NCBI GenBank assembly: GCA_002305355.1 | Contig: DBQS01000023.1 | Span: forward strand, 4,189-68,188 | Reading direction: 5' to 3' | DNA: 64,000 nucleotides | DNA from: Patescibacteria group bacterium UBA1388 | GTDB lineage: Bacteria; Patescibacteriota; Microgenomatia; UBA1400; PJMF01 | Part shown: one piece after another, positions 19,242 through 30,056 of the stretch | Layout: each line of letters opens with the position of its first letter | Position numbering within the stretch: the first letter of the stretch is position 1 | Notes under the pieces: model-generated | What the model saw: only the letters and a program-made list of their open reading frames with translations | Database searches by the model: none | What the model was told of the DNA's origin: nothing | Made by a program: the position numbers and the translations under genes

Positions 19242-19264
19242 AGAAGTGGTATTATAACACTTCT
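19242..19264 (-). terminator. Hairpin between the SEDS gene and rplU (AGAAGTG-N9-CACTTCT); possible partial terminator or attenuator
   Basis: 7-bp perfect stem immediately after the SEDS stop codon. On the minus strand it is followed by GGTTTTCT and the rplU RBS. Confidence 0.3.
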
Positions 19265-20326
19265 TTAGGCAATGTGGAGTCCCTCATTCTCAGTATCGGC
19301 ATTGATGATTGCTTGTGCCACGCCAAGTATAAAACAAATGGCAATGATTGAACTTCCACCATAAGAAATCAGGGGCAATGTAATTCCTGTGATGGGGAGC
19401 AAGCCAATATTCATGTTTACGTTCACGGTTGCCTGAATGAATAATAACAGGCCTGCAAGGGTGAGAAATAACCGGCCATAATGATCCGATACGTGATTAG
19501 TCATAAAAAAGAGATAGCTAATTAAAGTTGTGAGTAAGACTAGCACGATTGATGAACCAATTAACCCATATTCTTCAGCAAGCGAAGCAAAAATAAAATC
19601 GGTATGTTTTTCTGGTAAAAAATGAAGCTGAGACTGCACTCCCTCACCTAAACCACGACCAAAAATTCTGCCAGACCCAACGGCAATCAAGGCTTGATTT
19701 GCGTTGTAACTCGCACCATCTTGGGAGGAACTTGAGGAAACGAAGGAAGTTATCCGTGATTTTTGATAAGGTTGCAAAAGTGTTAACCAGCCCAATAGTG
19801 AGACACTTACTATAATGAGCGATAGGTTGACTAGGATTTTTGCGCTTATGTTGGAAAATAATAACAAACTACCAAGTACCACCAGATAAATTACCGTAGT
19901 TCCAAGATCTGGCTCAATCAAAATTAATCCCGCGGGTGGGAGCAGCCATAAAAAAAATACTCCCGTTCGAGCTAGTGTCATTCGACTATGACTGACTAAT
20001 TTGATCAATACCAGACTGACGAGAGGAATGGCAAATTGAGACGGTTGAATATTAAACCAATCCCCAACTGGAATCCAGCGGGCGGTACCACGAGTGGGGT
20101 CAAGAAATAAAGGAACTACCAACATCAAGCAAGTAGCTAGATAAATCAGCACACGGTTATGCATCAGGGTTTCGAAATTGATTTGGGATGCGGCAAAAAA
20201 AACTATTGCGCCCACTAGAAAAAAAACCATTTGTCTGCCAGCCAAGTCTGGGGCAATGCTCGTCAAAGTGACCACACTGAATACGACATCCAAACCAATA
20301 AGACTAGGTAAAAACCATCTACGCAT
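19265..20326 (-). CDS. rodA: SEDS-family peptidoglycan glycosyltransferase (RodA/FtsW paralog)
   Basis: 353 aa, about 10 TM helices, conserved TDFIFASLAEEYGLIGSSIVLVLL and C-terminal PLISYGGSS motifs of the FtsW/RodA/SpoVE family. Confidence 0.8.
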   Translation of the reverse strand: MRRWFLPSLIGLDVVFSVVTLTSIAPDLAGRQMVFFLVGAIVFFAASQINFETLMHNRVLIYLATCLMLVVPLFLDPTRGTARWIPVGDWFNIQPSQFAIPLVSLVLIKLVSHSRMTLARTGVFFLWLLPPAGLILIEPDLGTTVIYLVVLGSLLLFSNISAKILVNLSLIIVSVSLLGWLTLLQPYQKSRITSFVSSSSSQDGASYNANQALIAVGSGRIFGRGLGEGVQSQLHFLPEKHTDFIFASLAEEYGLIGSSIVLVLLTTLISYLFFMTNHVSDHYGRLFLTLAGLLLFIQATVNVNMNIGLLPITGITLPLISYGGSSIIAICFILGVAQAIINADTENEGLHIA

Positions 20327-20350
20327 AGCGTCTAGTGTAGCGCATCATGA

Positions 20351-23224
20351 CTACTTTTTAATATTCAGCTGAGGTAGGTTATCTGGCAGTGTTTTGTCAA
20401 TGTTCAGGGTAGAGTTAGTCTTTGACTCGATTTCCCCTTGCCACCCTCTTGGAATTTTAGCAACTAATATGATGGCCTGGTCACCTACAGTTAAACCACT
20501 TTGTTTACGTAGTTTTTGAATGTTGCGAATTAGTTCTCTAGCATCTCCCTCTGCCAACAATGCTGGTGATAATGTTGTGTCCAGTTTTACAGTCAAAGAT
20601 TGATCACCTTGAGCACTATTTTTCCAGACCACGGTCTTTACATTCACTTCTTCCTGCAAGACTTGGATGAGTTCCTGCCTTGGTTGAGGATGGGGAGAGA
20701 AAATGGTGACAGCGGGTAGTGGTTGTCTAATTTTGATAGCTACCTCTGCTCTTTTGGCTAAGACAAGTTCCACAACTTTACGCAGCACGGTCATCTCTGT
20801 TTCAAGATTTTCATCAATTAGGTGTTGGCTCACTTCCGGCCACTTGGTTAAATGGATACTATTATTTTGATCAACGAGGGAGTGGTAAACATTTTCTGTA
20901 AAAAATGGAATCATTGGAGCAAACAATTGGGCAAGCTGGTAATTAACTAAACCAAAAACATGGAGGGAACGATCTTTGTGCTGACCAATTTTGATTTGTT
21001 CTCTACTCCGTCGTAAATACCAAGTGGAAAGTTCATTCACAAACTCAATCATGCTTCGGCTAGCAGTGACAACGTCATAAGCATCCATGGCAGTAGTGAC
21101 AGTTTGAATTAAAGAATTAATCCTGCTTAAAATCCAGCGATCCATGACTGTTGCCGGCTGAGGTAACTGATCAAGATTGACGGACAAATCGCCCGCGTAG
21201 AGTCGATAAAATACCACGCAGTTCCACCAAATTTGGAGCACACGTTTACGAATTTCATTGACTTCAGCATCGTTAAAATTTATATTTTCACTACGCATCA
21301 CTGGCGAGCTCATTAAATAAAGACGCAAACTATCTGCCCCATACTGGTTGATGATTTGCATGGGGTCGGTGAAGTTCTTTTTCGACTTACTCATTTTGGT
21401 GCCATCGTGGGCCATAATGGTACCTGTGGTGAGAGTATTTTCGACAGCATGTTGGTTGAAAATACCGACACTCATCACATGCATCGTATAAAACCAGGCT
21501 CTAGTTTGGGCAATGTACTCACTTACAAATTGGGCGGGATAAGTGTCTTCAAATTTTTCTTTGTTTTCAAATGGGTAGTGGCGGGAAGCGAAAGGCATGG
21601 CACCAGATTCTACCCAACAGTCAAAAACCTCTGGAATACGATGACCTTTGACTGTTTTTTGATCATCTATCCATATTTCAATTTGATCTACATAATGGCG
21701 GTGTAAATCGGTTAAGTTGGCAACTTGATTAGGATTTACGGCCCAAGTTTTTAGTTCCTCAATTGAACCAATCACTCGGTATACAGTTTGGTCATCAACT
21801 TCTGCAGTCCAAATCGGCATCGGTGTTCCCCAATATCTAGACCGCGAGATATTCCAATCTGGGGCAGTTATCAAACCCTTACCGAATCGGCCATGCTTAA
21901 GATGTGCCGGAAACCAATTCATTTTTTCATTTTCAGCAAGTAACTTTTTTTTAAGTTTTTGAACATTAATAAACCAAGCCGGTACGGCGTTATAAAATAA
22001 TGGCGTGCCACAGCGGTAACAAAAAGGATAAGAGTGGGTAATCTGTTCGGATTTAAAGAGTAAGTGCCGACTTGTTAAATTTTGGACAATTATGGGATCG
22101 GCGGCTTTATAAAATTTACCGGCGACTAACTTTACGAACGGCAAAAACTTGCCATCATCATCAATGGTTGGCACGAGAGGCAAGTCGGCTTTGAGAGCTA
22201 AACCATAATCGTCTTCACCAAAAAGGGCGGCAGTATGAACGATGCCGGTACCTTCTTCTAAAGAAACAAAGTCTCCAGCCAGGATAGTCCAAGCTTTAGA
22301 TTTGTTACTTTGTACATAATCAAAGGGCGGTTGGTATTTTTTACCTACCAACTCAGCTCCATTGCTGGTGGCAACGATGGTGTAAGTCTTCTTGCCCAGT
22401 ACCGTTTTTACTAGATCAGAGGCTAGCCAATATTTTTCATTTTCAACTTGGACTAGGGAATAATTTGAGTCCGGATGAACAGCTAATCCTACATTGCCTG
22501 GTAAAGTCCAGGGCGTAGTTGTCCAAGCCAAAAAATATTCTTGATCACTAACTTGATTATCTTTGACAACTGGAAATTTGACCACCACCGCCGGATCCTC
22601 AACATTCTGGTAACTATTATCCATTGCGATTTCAAAATTTGAGAGGGGTGTGGCGCAGCGTGGACAATACAACACCACCTTGCGTCCTTGATAGATTAGT
22701 CCTTTTTCGAAGAGTTGTTTAAAACCCCACCAGACAGATTCCATGTAATTGATATCCATCGTCTTGTAATTGTTGGTGAAATCAACCCACCTACCCAAGC
22801 GATGAATTACTTTTTCCCATTCTTTATCCAACCGGAGAACTTCTTGGCGACAAGCTTCATTAAACTTGTCGATACCAAGTTCTTCAATACCTTTTTTGCC
22901 ACCATTAATCTTTAAACTATTTTCAATCATGTTTTCGATGGGTAGACCATGCGTATCCCAACCCCACACCCGTTCTACGCGATAGCCTTTCATCGTCCAA
23001 TAACGAGGGATCACATCTTTACTGGTTGAGCCGAGCAGATGCCCAAAATGAGGCATGCCAGTGGCAAATGGAGGACCATCATAGAAGACGTATTGTTTAT
23101 CTACTGGTCGTTGTTCGACTGATTTTTGAAACGTGTCGTTATCCTGCCAAAACTGGAGGATACTCTCTTCCATTTTGGGAAAATTGACATTTTTTGGTAA
23201 ATCGGCGAGCTTTGACTGATTCAT
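20351..23224 (-). CDS. ileS: Isoleucyl-tRNA synthetase
   Basis: 957 aa. Class I HIGH region PPFATGMPHFGHLLG, the IleS-typical WGWDTHGLPIE, and KMSKS. Confidence 0.88.
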   Translation of the reverse strand: MNQSKLADLPKNVNFPKMEESILQFWQDNDTFQKSVEQRPVDKQYVFYDGPPFATGMPHFGHLLGSTSKDVIPRYWTMKGYRVERVWGWDTHGLPIENMIENSLKINGGKKGIEELGIDKFNEACRQEVLRLDKEWEKVIHRLGRWVDFTNNYKTMDINYMESVWWGFKQLFEKGLIYQGRKVVLYCPRCATPLSNFEIAMDNSYQNVEDPAVVVKFPVVKDNQVSDQEYFLAWTTTPWTLPGNVGLAVHPDSNYSLVQVENEKYWLASDLVKTVLGKKTYTIVATSNGAELVGKKYQPPFDYVQSNKSKAWTILAGDFVSLEEGTGIVHTAALFGEDDYGLALKADLPLVPTIDDDGKFLPFVKLVAGKFYKAADPIIVQNLTSRHLLFKSEQITHSYPFCYRCGTPLFYNAVPAWFINVQKLKKKLLAENEKMNWFPAHLKHGRFGKGLITAPDWNISRSRYWGTPMPIWTAEVDDQTVYRVIGSIEELKTWAVNPNQVANLTDLHRHYVDQIEIWIDDQKTVKGHRIPEVFDCWVESGAMPFASRHYPFENKEKFEDTYPAQFVSEYIAQTRAWFYTMHVMSVGIFNQHAVENTLTTGTIMAHDGTKMSKSKKNFTDPMQIINQYGADSLRLYLMSSPVMRSENINFNDAEVNEIRKRVLQIWWNCVVFYRLYAGDLSVNLDQLPQPATVMDRWILSRINSLIQTVTTAMDAYDVVTASRSMIEFVNELSTWYLRRSREQIKIGQHKDRSLHVFGLVNYQLAQLFAPMIPFFTENVYHSLVDQNNSIHLTKWPEVSQHLIDENLETEMTVLRKVVELVLAKRAEVAIKIRQPLPAVTIFSPHPQPRQELIQVLQEEVNVKTVVWKNSAQGDQSLTVKLDTTLSPALLAEGDARELIRNIQKLRKQSGLTVGDQAIILVAKIPRGWQGEIESKTNSTLNIDKTLPDNLPQLNIKK

Positions 23225-23292
23225 GGTTAGTATTCTAGATGATGAGACGAGTGATGTGGAGAGGAATTGAAGGACGTGTAAAAACTAGATGA

Positions 23293-24579
23293 CTAACGCT
23301 TTTTTCTTAAAAATGCCGGAATTTCAAATTCATCATCAAAATCTCTAGCCACATCAGGGTTCTTCTTAGATTTTTCTGTTTTATCTGATGCTTGAAGTTG
23401 GTCATCATCAAATTCATCAGATTTGACAAATGGTTTATTGGGTGCTGAAATTTCTGAAGTAGTAAGAGGCTGAGTAAAACCCTGTGGTGTACGATCGATG
23501 AGCGGTTTTTCTGAAGGTTGAGTGGGTGATTTGATATCCTCTTGATAGCGACTGACACGTTTTTGCGAGTCCTGGCCATAAGCCCCGAACATTGACCTTT
23601 TTGAACTGCCATAGCCCATTTGATTCTCACTAAAACCGGTGGCAATCACACTAATTTTAATCCGATTTCCCATTTCTTCGTTAATGGTGGAGCCAAAGAT
23701 AATATTGGCATCTGGGTCGGCTGCATTAGAAATGATGGTGGATGCGTCAGATACTTCAGTCATCGCTAAATCAGGTCCACCAATAATATTAAATAAAATA
23801 CCCCTTGCCCCATCGATGGACACTTCCAAGAGTGGTGAAGCAATTGCCATTCTGGCAGCAGTTGCTGCGCGGTTTTCTCCTGAAGCTTCCCCAATTCCCA
23901 TCAAGGCTGAGCCAGACTCACTCATAATTGTTTTCACATCAGCAAAATCAACGTTAATCAGACCCGGTACTGTAATCAAATCGGAAATTCCCTGTACACC
24001 CTGGCCAAGCACGTTATCTGCCAATCGAAATGCATCAAGCAGTGTCATTTTTTTGTCTACTATATCCATTAAACGTTGGTTGGGAATCACGATTAAGGTA
24101 TCAACTGAGTCTTTCAAGCCTAAAATACCCTCCTCGGCGGTGGACATGCGTTTTGTGCCCTCAAATGCAAACGGTTTGGTTACTACTGCCACCGTGAGAG
24201 CTCCAGCTTCTTTTGCCACCTCAGCAACAATTGGTGAAGCACCAGTGCCAGTGCCGCCGCCCATACCGGCGGTGAGAAAGACCATATCGGTGTCAAATAG
24301 CAAATCTTTTAATTTGTCGTAAGATTCTTCGGCGGCGGCACGACCGACATCTGGATCTGCGCCGGATCCCAAACCTTTGGTAAAATTGCTACCAATCTGC
24401 AGCTTGGTATCAGCTTTTGATGTCAATAACGCTTGAGCATCGGTATTAATGGCGATAAACTCAACGCCTTGAATTTGTCCAGATTCAATCATTGAGTTGA
24501 CAGCATTGCTGCCACCACCACCTATACCCACTACTTTTATTTTTGCGAAAGTAGTGTTTGTTGGTTTGACTAGTGCCAT
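23293..24579 (-). CDS. ftsZ: Cell division GTPase FtsZ
   Basis: 428 aa. Tubulin signature [15 protein letters not shown]-terminal [13 protein letters not shown], and a long C-terminal linker with a conserved acidic/basic tail. Confidence 0.92.
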   Translation of the reverse strand: MALVKPTNTTFAKIKVVGIGGGGSNAVNSMIESGQIQGVEFIAINTDAQALLTSKADTKLQIGSNFTKGLGSGADPDVGRAAAEESYDKLKDLLFDTDMVFLTAGMGGGTGTGASPIVAEVAKEAGALTVAVVTKPFAFEGTKRMSTAEEGILGLKDSVDTLIVIPNQRLMDIVDKKMTLLDAFRLADNVLGQGVQGISDLITVPGLINVDFADVKTIMSESGSALMGIGEASGENRAATAARMAIASPLLEVSIDGARGILFNIIGGPDLAMTEVSDASTIISNAADPDANIIFGSTINEEMGNRIKISVIATGFSENQMGYGSSKRSMFGAYGQDSQKRVSRYQEDIKSPTQPSEKPLIDRTPQGFTQPLTTSEISAPNKPFVKSDEFDDDQLQASDKTEKSKKNPDVARDFDDEFEIPAFLRKKR

Positions 24580-24660
24580 ATTTACAATCTATTTAGTATG
24601 CTGCAGTGTATCATTTCTTTGCTGAGAATCAATATAGGATGTGATGATGATTGATGTTTT

Positions 24661-25965
24661 TTATGGTAAAAGGGATTTAATAAAATCTGTTACTTTTCTT
24701 ACCCATTGTGATGGCGTAGCCAGCTTAAATTTTGGAAAGCGTAATTTTTGTGATACTGTGGTCCCACCATGCTCTTTACCGTAAAATAACAACCCAATGC
24801 TAGTAGCGAATGCGGGTTTTTGAATTTCTGTGGTGAGACCGGAGAGTTCAAATGGCTTGCCAATTCGGGCAGACATTTTAAGTTCTTTGCGGGCAATGGG
24901 TAGCATATCTACCGTTTCAGCTCCGCCGCCGGTGATGACTAGTCCGGCAGGTATTTCTCTAATCAGATCCTGAGCTGCTATTTTTTCAGCAACGAGTGAA
25001 AATATTTCTTGAATACGAGGTGCCATAATATCTTCGACAATTTCTCTCTTAGAGAGAACTTCATCACTATTTGCATCAGAAAAATCTGCCAACTTGATTT
25101 CATCTGCTTTCTTTTTCCGCATGGAAAAATCCTGTTTAGATTCACCTGGATGAGGTTTTAGGGGATGGGCAGCTTCTTGAGATAAGTTTAGTTTAATTTG
25201 TTCTGCGACATCAATACTGACTCTACAGCCCAGGGCAATATCTTGAGTAATATGCCTGGCACCAATGGGGAGAGAAGCCGAATATACTAATGCACCATCA
25301 ACGTAGGCGCAAATTGACGTAGAACCCGCCCCAATATCAACCACTGCTACTCCTAATTCTTTTTCTGTTTCAGATAACACCACCTCTGAAGCTGCCAGTC
25401 CTGAAAAAACAAAACCGCTTACATTGACTCCCAAATCTTCAACACATTTCTCGATATTTTTTAGAGCGGTAGACATCCCAGTTATGATGTGTGCTTCCAG
25501 TTCCAAGCGCACGCCTGTCATGCCAATTGGATCTTTAATGCCGTCTTGAGCGTCGACTTTATAACAATTAGGAATCACATGAATAATTTCTTTGTCTGAG
25601 GGGAGTGAAATTGCTCGCGCCGCTTCGATCACACGCTCAACATCCACAGGTACGATTTCTTGATCTGGGGAAGATACTGCTACTACACCTTTGGAGTTAA
25701 ATGAGGCGATATGTGTGCCTGCCACAGACAAGTAAGCTTCTTTAATTTCCAATCCAGCCATTCTCTCTGCTCCGTCAAGACTTTCGTTAATTGTTTCTAA
25801 GACTTGTTCGAGGTCGATAATCTGGCTGCGACGCATACCTTTGGAAGCCACAGTACTAACCCCCAAAACTTGAGGTGCACTTTTATCGCCTTCAACCTTG
25901 GCAATCAAAGTCACGCACTTATCAGTACCCAAGTCAATACCTGTGATAATTTGTTGTTTACTCAT
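24661..25965 (-). CDS. ftsA: Cell division protein FtsA (actin-like ATPase)
   Basis: Start placed at the internal Met (MSKQQIITGIDLGTDKCVTL), the FtsA phosphate-1 motif. DIGAGSTSICAY is the phosphate-2 motif. The ORF-track 5' extension to 26076 overlaps ftsQ and is probably not translated. Confidence 0.88.
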   Translation of the reverse strand: MSKQQIITGIDLGTDKCVTLIAKVEGDKSAPQVLGVSTVASKGMRRSQIIDLEQVLETINESLDGAERMAGLEIKEAYLSVAGTHIASFNSKGVVAVSSPDQEIVPVDVERVIEAARAISLPSDKEIIHVIPNCYKVDAQDGIKDPIGMTGVRLELEAHIITGMSTALKNIEKCVEDLGVNVSGFVFSGLAASEVVLSETEKELGVAVVDIGAGSTSICAYVDGALVYSASLPIGARHITQDIALGCRVSIDVAEQIKLNLSQEAAHPLKPHPGESKQDFSMRKKKADEIKLADFSDANSDEVLSKREIVEDIMAPRIQEIFSLVAEKIAAQDLIREIPAGLVITGGGAETVDMLPIARKELKMSARIGKPFELSGLTTEIQKPAFATSIGLLFYGKEHGGTTVSQKLRFPKFKLATPSQWVRKVTDFIKSLLP

Positions 25966-25990
25966 AGCGACTCTCAATAGCATACCAGAC

Positions 25991-26770
25991 TCACGGTGAT
26001 GTGCGAAGTACTGGCAACTCAAAGCGCAAATCAACTTCTTGTTTGTGTTGTGAGATGGTTTGATATTCAGGAGCATTTATCAACACAGACAATTGCTGGA
26101 GTTGTTTGTTTGTTTCTAAGCTATCAATCATAAATATTTCCTGGTGATGATTTAACTTGAGTTCGATTGTTAATTCATCATGCCACTTTATTTGTTCTAA
26201 ATTCAAGTCGAGTTGTTTGGTCAATTGGATGATGTTTTCTAATATTTGATGAACTTGTGACTGAGGTTTTTGCTGTTCAGTCATACTCGTGTGCGGTAAA
26301 TATACTATCGGCAAGCTGTGGTGTGGTTGATGATCAAAGTCAAAAACCAGTCCTCTTTGACTGACGATGAGCATTTGATTATTCTTGGGAGATTGATTGA
26401 GTAATTCAGTAGGTGTCACCACTAGTTGATAAAGAGGAGTTTCTACATCCAGCACCATTTCTAGTCTGTCTGGTAGGAAGATGTGATATTCTGCCAGAGA
26501 AACTGGGTAGAGGGGTGTTAAACTTTGTGTGACGTAAGATTGAAGATCGAGAAAAAATACAGACCGATTCCTAAGATGTGTAAACTGCTCATATATCTCT
26601 TGAGAGCATGGAGTTCGATCCGATAGCTGACAGCCAATGGTGCGAATCACAAAAACCCGATTAAGCAGACTCAGGATGCCGATGAATATTGATAAAGCAG
26701 CAATCGAAACGGCGATTTTTAATCGATCTGGGGAACGAGTGGAGCGACTCTGTCGACGTGATTTAGCCAT
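25991..26770 (-). CDS. ftsQ: Cell division protein FtsQ/DivIB (POTRA domain)
   Basis: 259 aa with a basic N-terminus, a single TM helix (IAVSIAALSIFIGILSLL) and a periplasmic domain. Positioned between murG and ftsA. Confidence 0.7.
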   Translation of the reverse strand: MAKSRRQSRSTRSPDRLKIAVSIAALSIFIGILSLLNRVFVIRTIGCQLSDRTPCSQEIYEQFTHLRNRSVFFLDLQSYVTQSLTPLYPVSLAEYHIFLPDRLEMVLDVETPLYQLVVTPTELLNQSPKNNQMLIVSQRGLVFDFDHQPHHSLPIVYLPHTSMTEQQKPQSQVHQILENIIQLTKQLDLNLEQIKWHDELTIELKLNHHQEIFMIDSLETNKQLQQLSVLINAPEYQTISQHKQEVDLRFELPVLRTSP

Positions 26771-26772
26771 GT

Positions 26773-27897
26773 CTACTTTTTAACAGCAACAGCCTGAATT
26801 AATTCCCAAAGTTGTTGATCAGCGTCACGAATCACTGTTAATTGTGCTAACTTTTGTCGACAAGCTTTGTATCTGCGATTAATGTAAGCAATGGCATCAA
26901 GCAATACTTCCCCTGATAATTGTTTCTGGTGAATGAGCAACGCCCCGCCGGTATCAACTAAATTTTGGGCATTTTTTTCTTGTTCATGATGATGCGCAAA
27001 GGGAAGAGGAATCAACACGGCGGGTATGGAGAAGTAAATTAATTCATAAGTAGTGTTTGCTCCCGCTCTTGAAACAACCAAGCGCGCGTGTTTGTATATC
27101 CAGCTTAATTCTTCTGTTGTCACCCATTCTTTGACTGTGTATCGAGATTTTTTTGAAATTGGTAATTGATTTTTCGCTTGCTCTAGCTCAGTCAAGTAAC
27201 TTCTCTGATTGGATTGGGCACCACATTGATGGATGATTTGCCAGTTTTTTGTGAGTTCGGGCAAAATATTTTTGATGGTCATGTTAATCACCTCAGATCC
27301 CTGACTACCGCCTGTGATATATAATAGGGGGAGGTTGCTATCTGTTTTTAGCCATGGTGGTTTTGAAGGATGCGGATTGAGCAAATCTGATCTTACTAGG
27401 TTACCCGTTAAGACTGTTTTGTGTTTTGGAAAATACTGGGTAGAAGATGGAAAAGAAATCGCAATCCGATTTGCTAAGTGTGCAATAAGTTGGTTGCTAA
27501 TGCCAACTGCTCGAGTTTGTTCGTGAGTTACAATCGGCACACGCAGAATCCAAGCAGCAACTGCTAAAGGTAAAGCTAGATATCCTCCAAAGGAAACAAA
27601 TATGTCAGGGCGCTGATCGGCGATGATGCTTAAAGATTTGATTAGAGATGCAATTAAGACAAATATTTGGGGAATAATTTTGACAGGATGCAGTGATCCC
27701 AGCTTGGCAGCTTTCAACTCAATAAACTTCACATGACGTTTACTCGCTTCTCGTTTTTCTTGAGAAGGCTGCAAATCTATGTCTCGGTTAAATGCTCTCC
27801 CTACCAACACAATTTGTGTTTGAGCAGCATGCTTCCCCACATAATCCATCAGCGCCAAGGCTGGAGTTAGGTGTCCGCCAGAGATGAGGATCTTCAT
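26773..27897 (-). CDS. murG: UDP-GlcNAc:lipid I N-acetylglucosaminyltransferase
   Basis: 374 aa. N-terminal MKILISGGHLTPALAL (G-loop), C-terminal GT-B (GT28) region, and dcw context. Confidence 0.85.
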   Translation of the reverse strand: MKILISGGHLTPALALMDYVGKHAAQTQIVLVGRAFNRDIDLQPSQEKREASKRHVKFIELKAAKLGSLHPVKIIPQIFVLIASLIKSLSIIADQRPDIFVSFGGYLALPLAVAAWILRVPIVTHEQTRAVGISNQLIAHLANRIAISFPSSTQYFPKHKTVLTGNLVRSDLLNPHPSKPPWLKTDSNLPLLYITGGSQGSEVINMTIKNILPELTKNWQIIHQCGAQSNQRSYLTELEQAKNQLPISKKSRYTVKEWVTTEELSWIYKHARLVVSRAGANTTYELIYFSIPAVLIPLPFAHHHEQEKNAQNLVDTGGALLIHQKQLSGEVLLDAIAYINRRYKACRQKLAQLTVIRDADQQLWELIQAVAVKK

Positions 27898-28976
27898 GTT
27901 TGTTTTCCAGTTCTTAAAAGTATTCCTGTGGCAAACAATACCATGATTAAGGATGATCGACCATATGAAATTAAAGGTAAAGGTACACCGGTGAGTGGCA
28001 CTAGTGCCACTACGGCAGATAAATTGAGCAACACCTGCACACTCACCCAGATTACAATGCCTAAACCAAGCAACTTGACTGCTTGTGATTGAGTCGATTG
28101 TTGTACCAGTCGGTACCCAATATAAGCGTAAGCCGCAAATAGTCCGATCAGCAGTGATGAGCCAACAAACCCAATTTCTTCACCAATGATGGCAAAAATC
28201 GAGTCAGTACTTGCTTCCGGTATATAGGCATACTTTTGACTAGAGTTTCCCAGGCCTTGTCCTAGAATACCGCCCCTACCAAGCGCAATGGTGATTTGTC
28301 TAATATGAAAACTCGCCCCAAGCGGATCTGATTCTGGGTTAATGAAGGTCATAATTCTCTGCAACCGATACGATGAGCTTAAAACAGCCAATAATAAAAT
28401 GGGTAAACCAAACAGCGCGATCATACCAATTTGTTTGAGTTCGCCACCGGCAGCAAAATAGAGTCCAATGCCAATACTGAGGATGAGCAATAATGAACCC
28501 ATGTCTGGTTGAAGTAGCAAAATCACTGCCGGTAAACCAAGAATGAAGGCAAAAGACCAGAGCTGGATTTTCTTAGTGAGAAGTGATGCTAGGTATGCAA
28601 TGAGGCTAAATTTGACTATTTCTACAGGTTGAAACGTGACGCCGGCAATAGTAATCCAGCGAGCAGCACCATTTAGAGTCAGACCCACTCCTGGTAAAAA
28701 AACCAAACTCATGAGGAGTAGGCTGAAGATGTAAAAAAGAGGGCTAATTTTTAACCACCAGTGGCTGGGAATGATTAGGCCGCACAATAATGCTATCCAT
28801 CCAATGCCGATACCCCATAATTGTTGCTTAAAAAGATAAAAACGATCACCAAACGTCGTAAGGCTTTCGTTGACGGAAGCTTCGAAGACAAATAATGCTC
28901 CGATTAAAGATAATAAACAGGTAATGAGCAGCAATCCAATTCCCAATTTAGATGGAATTTGTCTCTTTTTCTTCAT
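27894..28976 (-). CDS. ftsW: SEDS-family lipid II flippase / PG polymerase FtsW
   Basis: Start placed at MKKKRQIPSKLGIGLLL (28976). About 10 TM helices and a PLISYGRSS C-terminal motif. The ORF-track 5' extension would overlap mraY. Confidence 0.82.
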   Translation of the reverse strand: MKKKRQIPSKLGIGLLLITCLLSLIGALFVFEASVNESLTTFGDRFYLFKQQLWGIGIGWIALLCGLIIPSHWWLKISPLFYIFSLLLMSLVFLPGVGLTLNGAARWITIAGVTFQPVEIVKFSLIAYLASLLTKKIQLWSFAFILGLPAVILLLQPDMGSLLLILSIGIGLYFAAGGELKQIGMIALFGLPILLLAVLSSSYRLQRIMTFINPESDPLGASFHIRQITIALGRGGILGQGLGNSSQKYAYIPEASTDSIFAIIGEEIGFVGSSLLIGLFAAYAYIGYRLVQQSTQSQAVKLLGLGIVIWVSVQVLLNLSAVVALVPLTGVPLPLISYGRSSLIMVLFATGILLRTGKQT

Positions 28977-28984
28977 GATTAATG

Positions 28985-30031
28985 CTATTGTAATGAAGTC
29001 AACCACACACCAAACAAAGTCAACAAAATTTGCACTATCCAGGCTCTTTGGACAATCTTTGGTTCTTCCCAACCCATTTTTTGCAAGGTGAGGTGTAAAG
29101 GAGCGGCCGGAATGAGTCGTCGTTTAAAAGTTCTCTTGGCGATTAATTGTGCGAGCGAGCTAGCTACTTCAATCACAAAGATGGCACCAATAATTAAAAG
29201 CCCAAAGCTCTTTCCCAGAAGTAAACCAACTACTGCTAAAGTTGCACCAAAAGCGAGCGAACCAACGTCACCCATAAAGATCCGTGCCGGAAATACATTA
29301 AAATACAGGAATGAGATCAACGAGCCAAGCCAAAGCGCAATAAAAAGCGACAGTGGCACATCAAGAATTGAAGCAGATAGCAACCACAGTCCAAACAAGG
29401 AAATCATCAACACACCAGCGGCTAGGCCATCGAGGCCATCAGTAACATTAACAGCGTTAGCAAATGCCGTAATAGTAAAAGCGGCAAACGGAATATACCA
29501 AATGCCCAAATCAAAAGTTGCAACAAACGGAATGTTAACGATCGAAATACCGAGTGAATTATAAATCATGAGGCTGATAACGAAAGCCAAAATTAGTTCA
29601 AAAAATAGTTTATATTTCATGCTTAAACCAAAAAAACCTTTGGTTTGTAATCTAAAAAATTTCTTGATGTCATCATAAAGTCCTAGAATGGCAAAAGAAA
29701 GAAATGTAAAAAATAAAATATTTACTTCGGCTGTATTATTGGTGTGAACAGAGGTAATCGCGATACCAAAGTATTCAAGTAGTGGCAAAAGAATCGCAAA
29801 TAATATTGAAACTACTGTAATGACTAGCAAACCTCCGCCCACTGGCACACCAGCTTTTTGTTTATGAAAGGCATTAAAAATTGGCGTGAGCATGCCAAAA
29901 ACATCTCGAGTTTCTTGTTTAGCTCTCTGAAACTTAAGATAGTAAAGCATATTGATAAATGGCACAATCACGGCCGAAGTAATTGCAAATGAAAAAAGTA
30001 AAACACCCAGTAAAATTGCTAACGAATTCAT
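28985..30031 (-). CDS. mraY: Phospho-N-acetylmuramoyl-pentapeptide transferase
   Basis: 348 aa with DDIKKFFRLQTKG, NAVNVTDGLDGLAAG and other MraY/WecA-family motifs. Confidence 0.9.
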   Translation of the reverse strand: MNSLAILLGVLLFSFAITSAVIVPFINMLYYLKFQRAKQETRDVFGMLTPIFNAFHKQKAGVPVGGGLLVITVVSILFAILLPLLEYFGIAITSVHTNNTAEVNILFFTFLSFAILGLYDDIKKFFRLQTKGFFGLSMKYKLFFELILAFVISLMIYNSLGISIVNIPFVATFDLGIWYIPFAAFTITAFANAVNVTDGLDGLAAGVLMISLFGLWLLSASILDVPLSLFIALWLGSLISFLYFNVFPARIFMGDVGSLAFGATLAVVGLLLGKSFGLLIIGAIFVIEVASSLAQLIAKRTFKRRLIPAAPLHLTLQKMGWEEPKIVQRAWIVQILLTLFGVWLTSLQ

Positions 30032-30056
30032 ATTTAATGACCAAATCAGTCACTGA

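Noticed and set aside
23639-24322. 227-aa plus-strand ORF, plus other long ORFs antisense to large minus-strand genes (for example 29088-29564, 52788-53102, 54410-54739, 21356-21706)
   Set aside because: They lie entirely inside well-supported minus-strand genes (ftsZ, mraY, GT-C, Wzy_C-like, ileS) and have low-complexity or odd composition with no motifs. They are typical shadow ORFs.
25966-26076. Long N-terminal extension of FtsA overlapping ftsQ (ORF-track start at 26076)
   Set aside because: The canonical FtsA N-terminus (MSKQQIITGIDLG) begins at the internal Met at 25965. The extension overlaps the ftsQ coding sequence by about 85 nt and has no homology.
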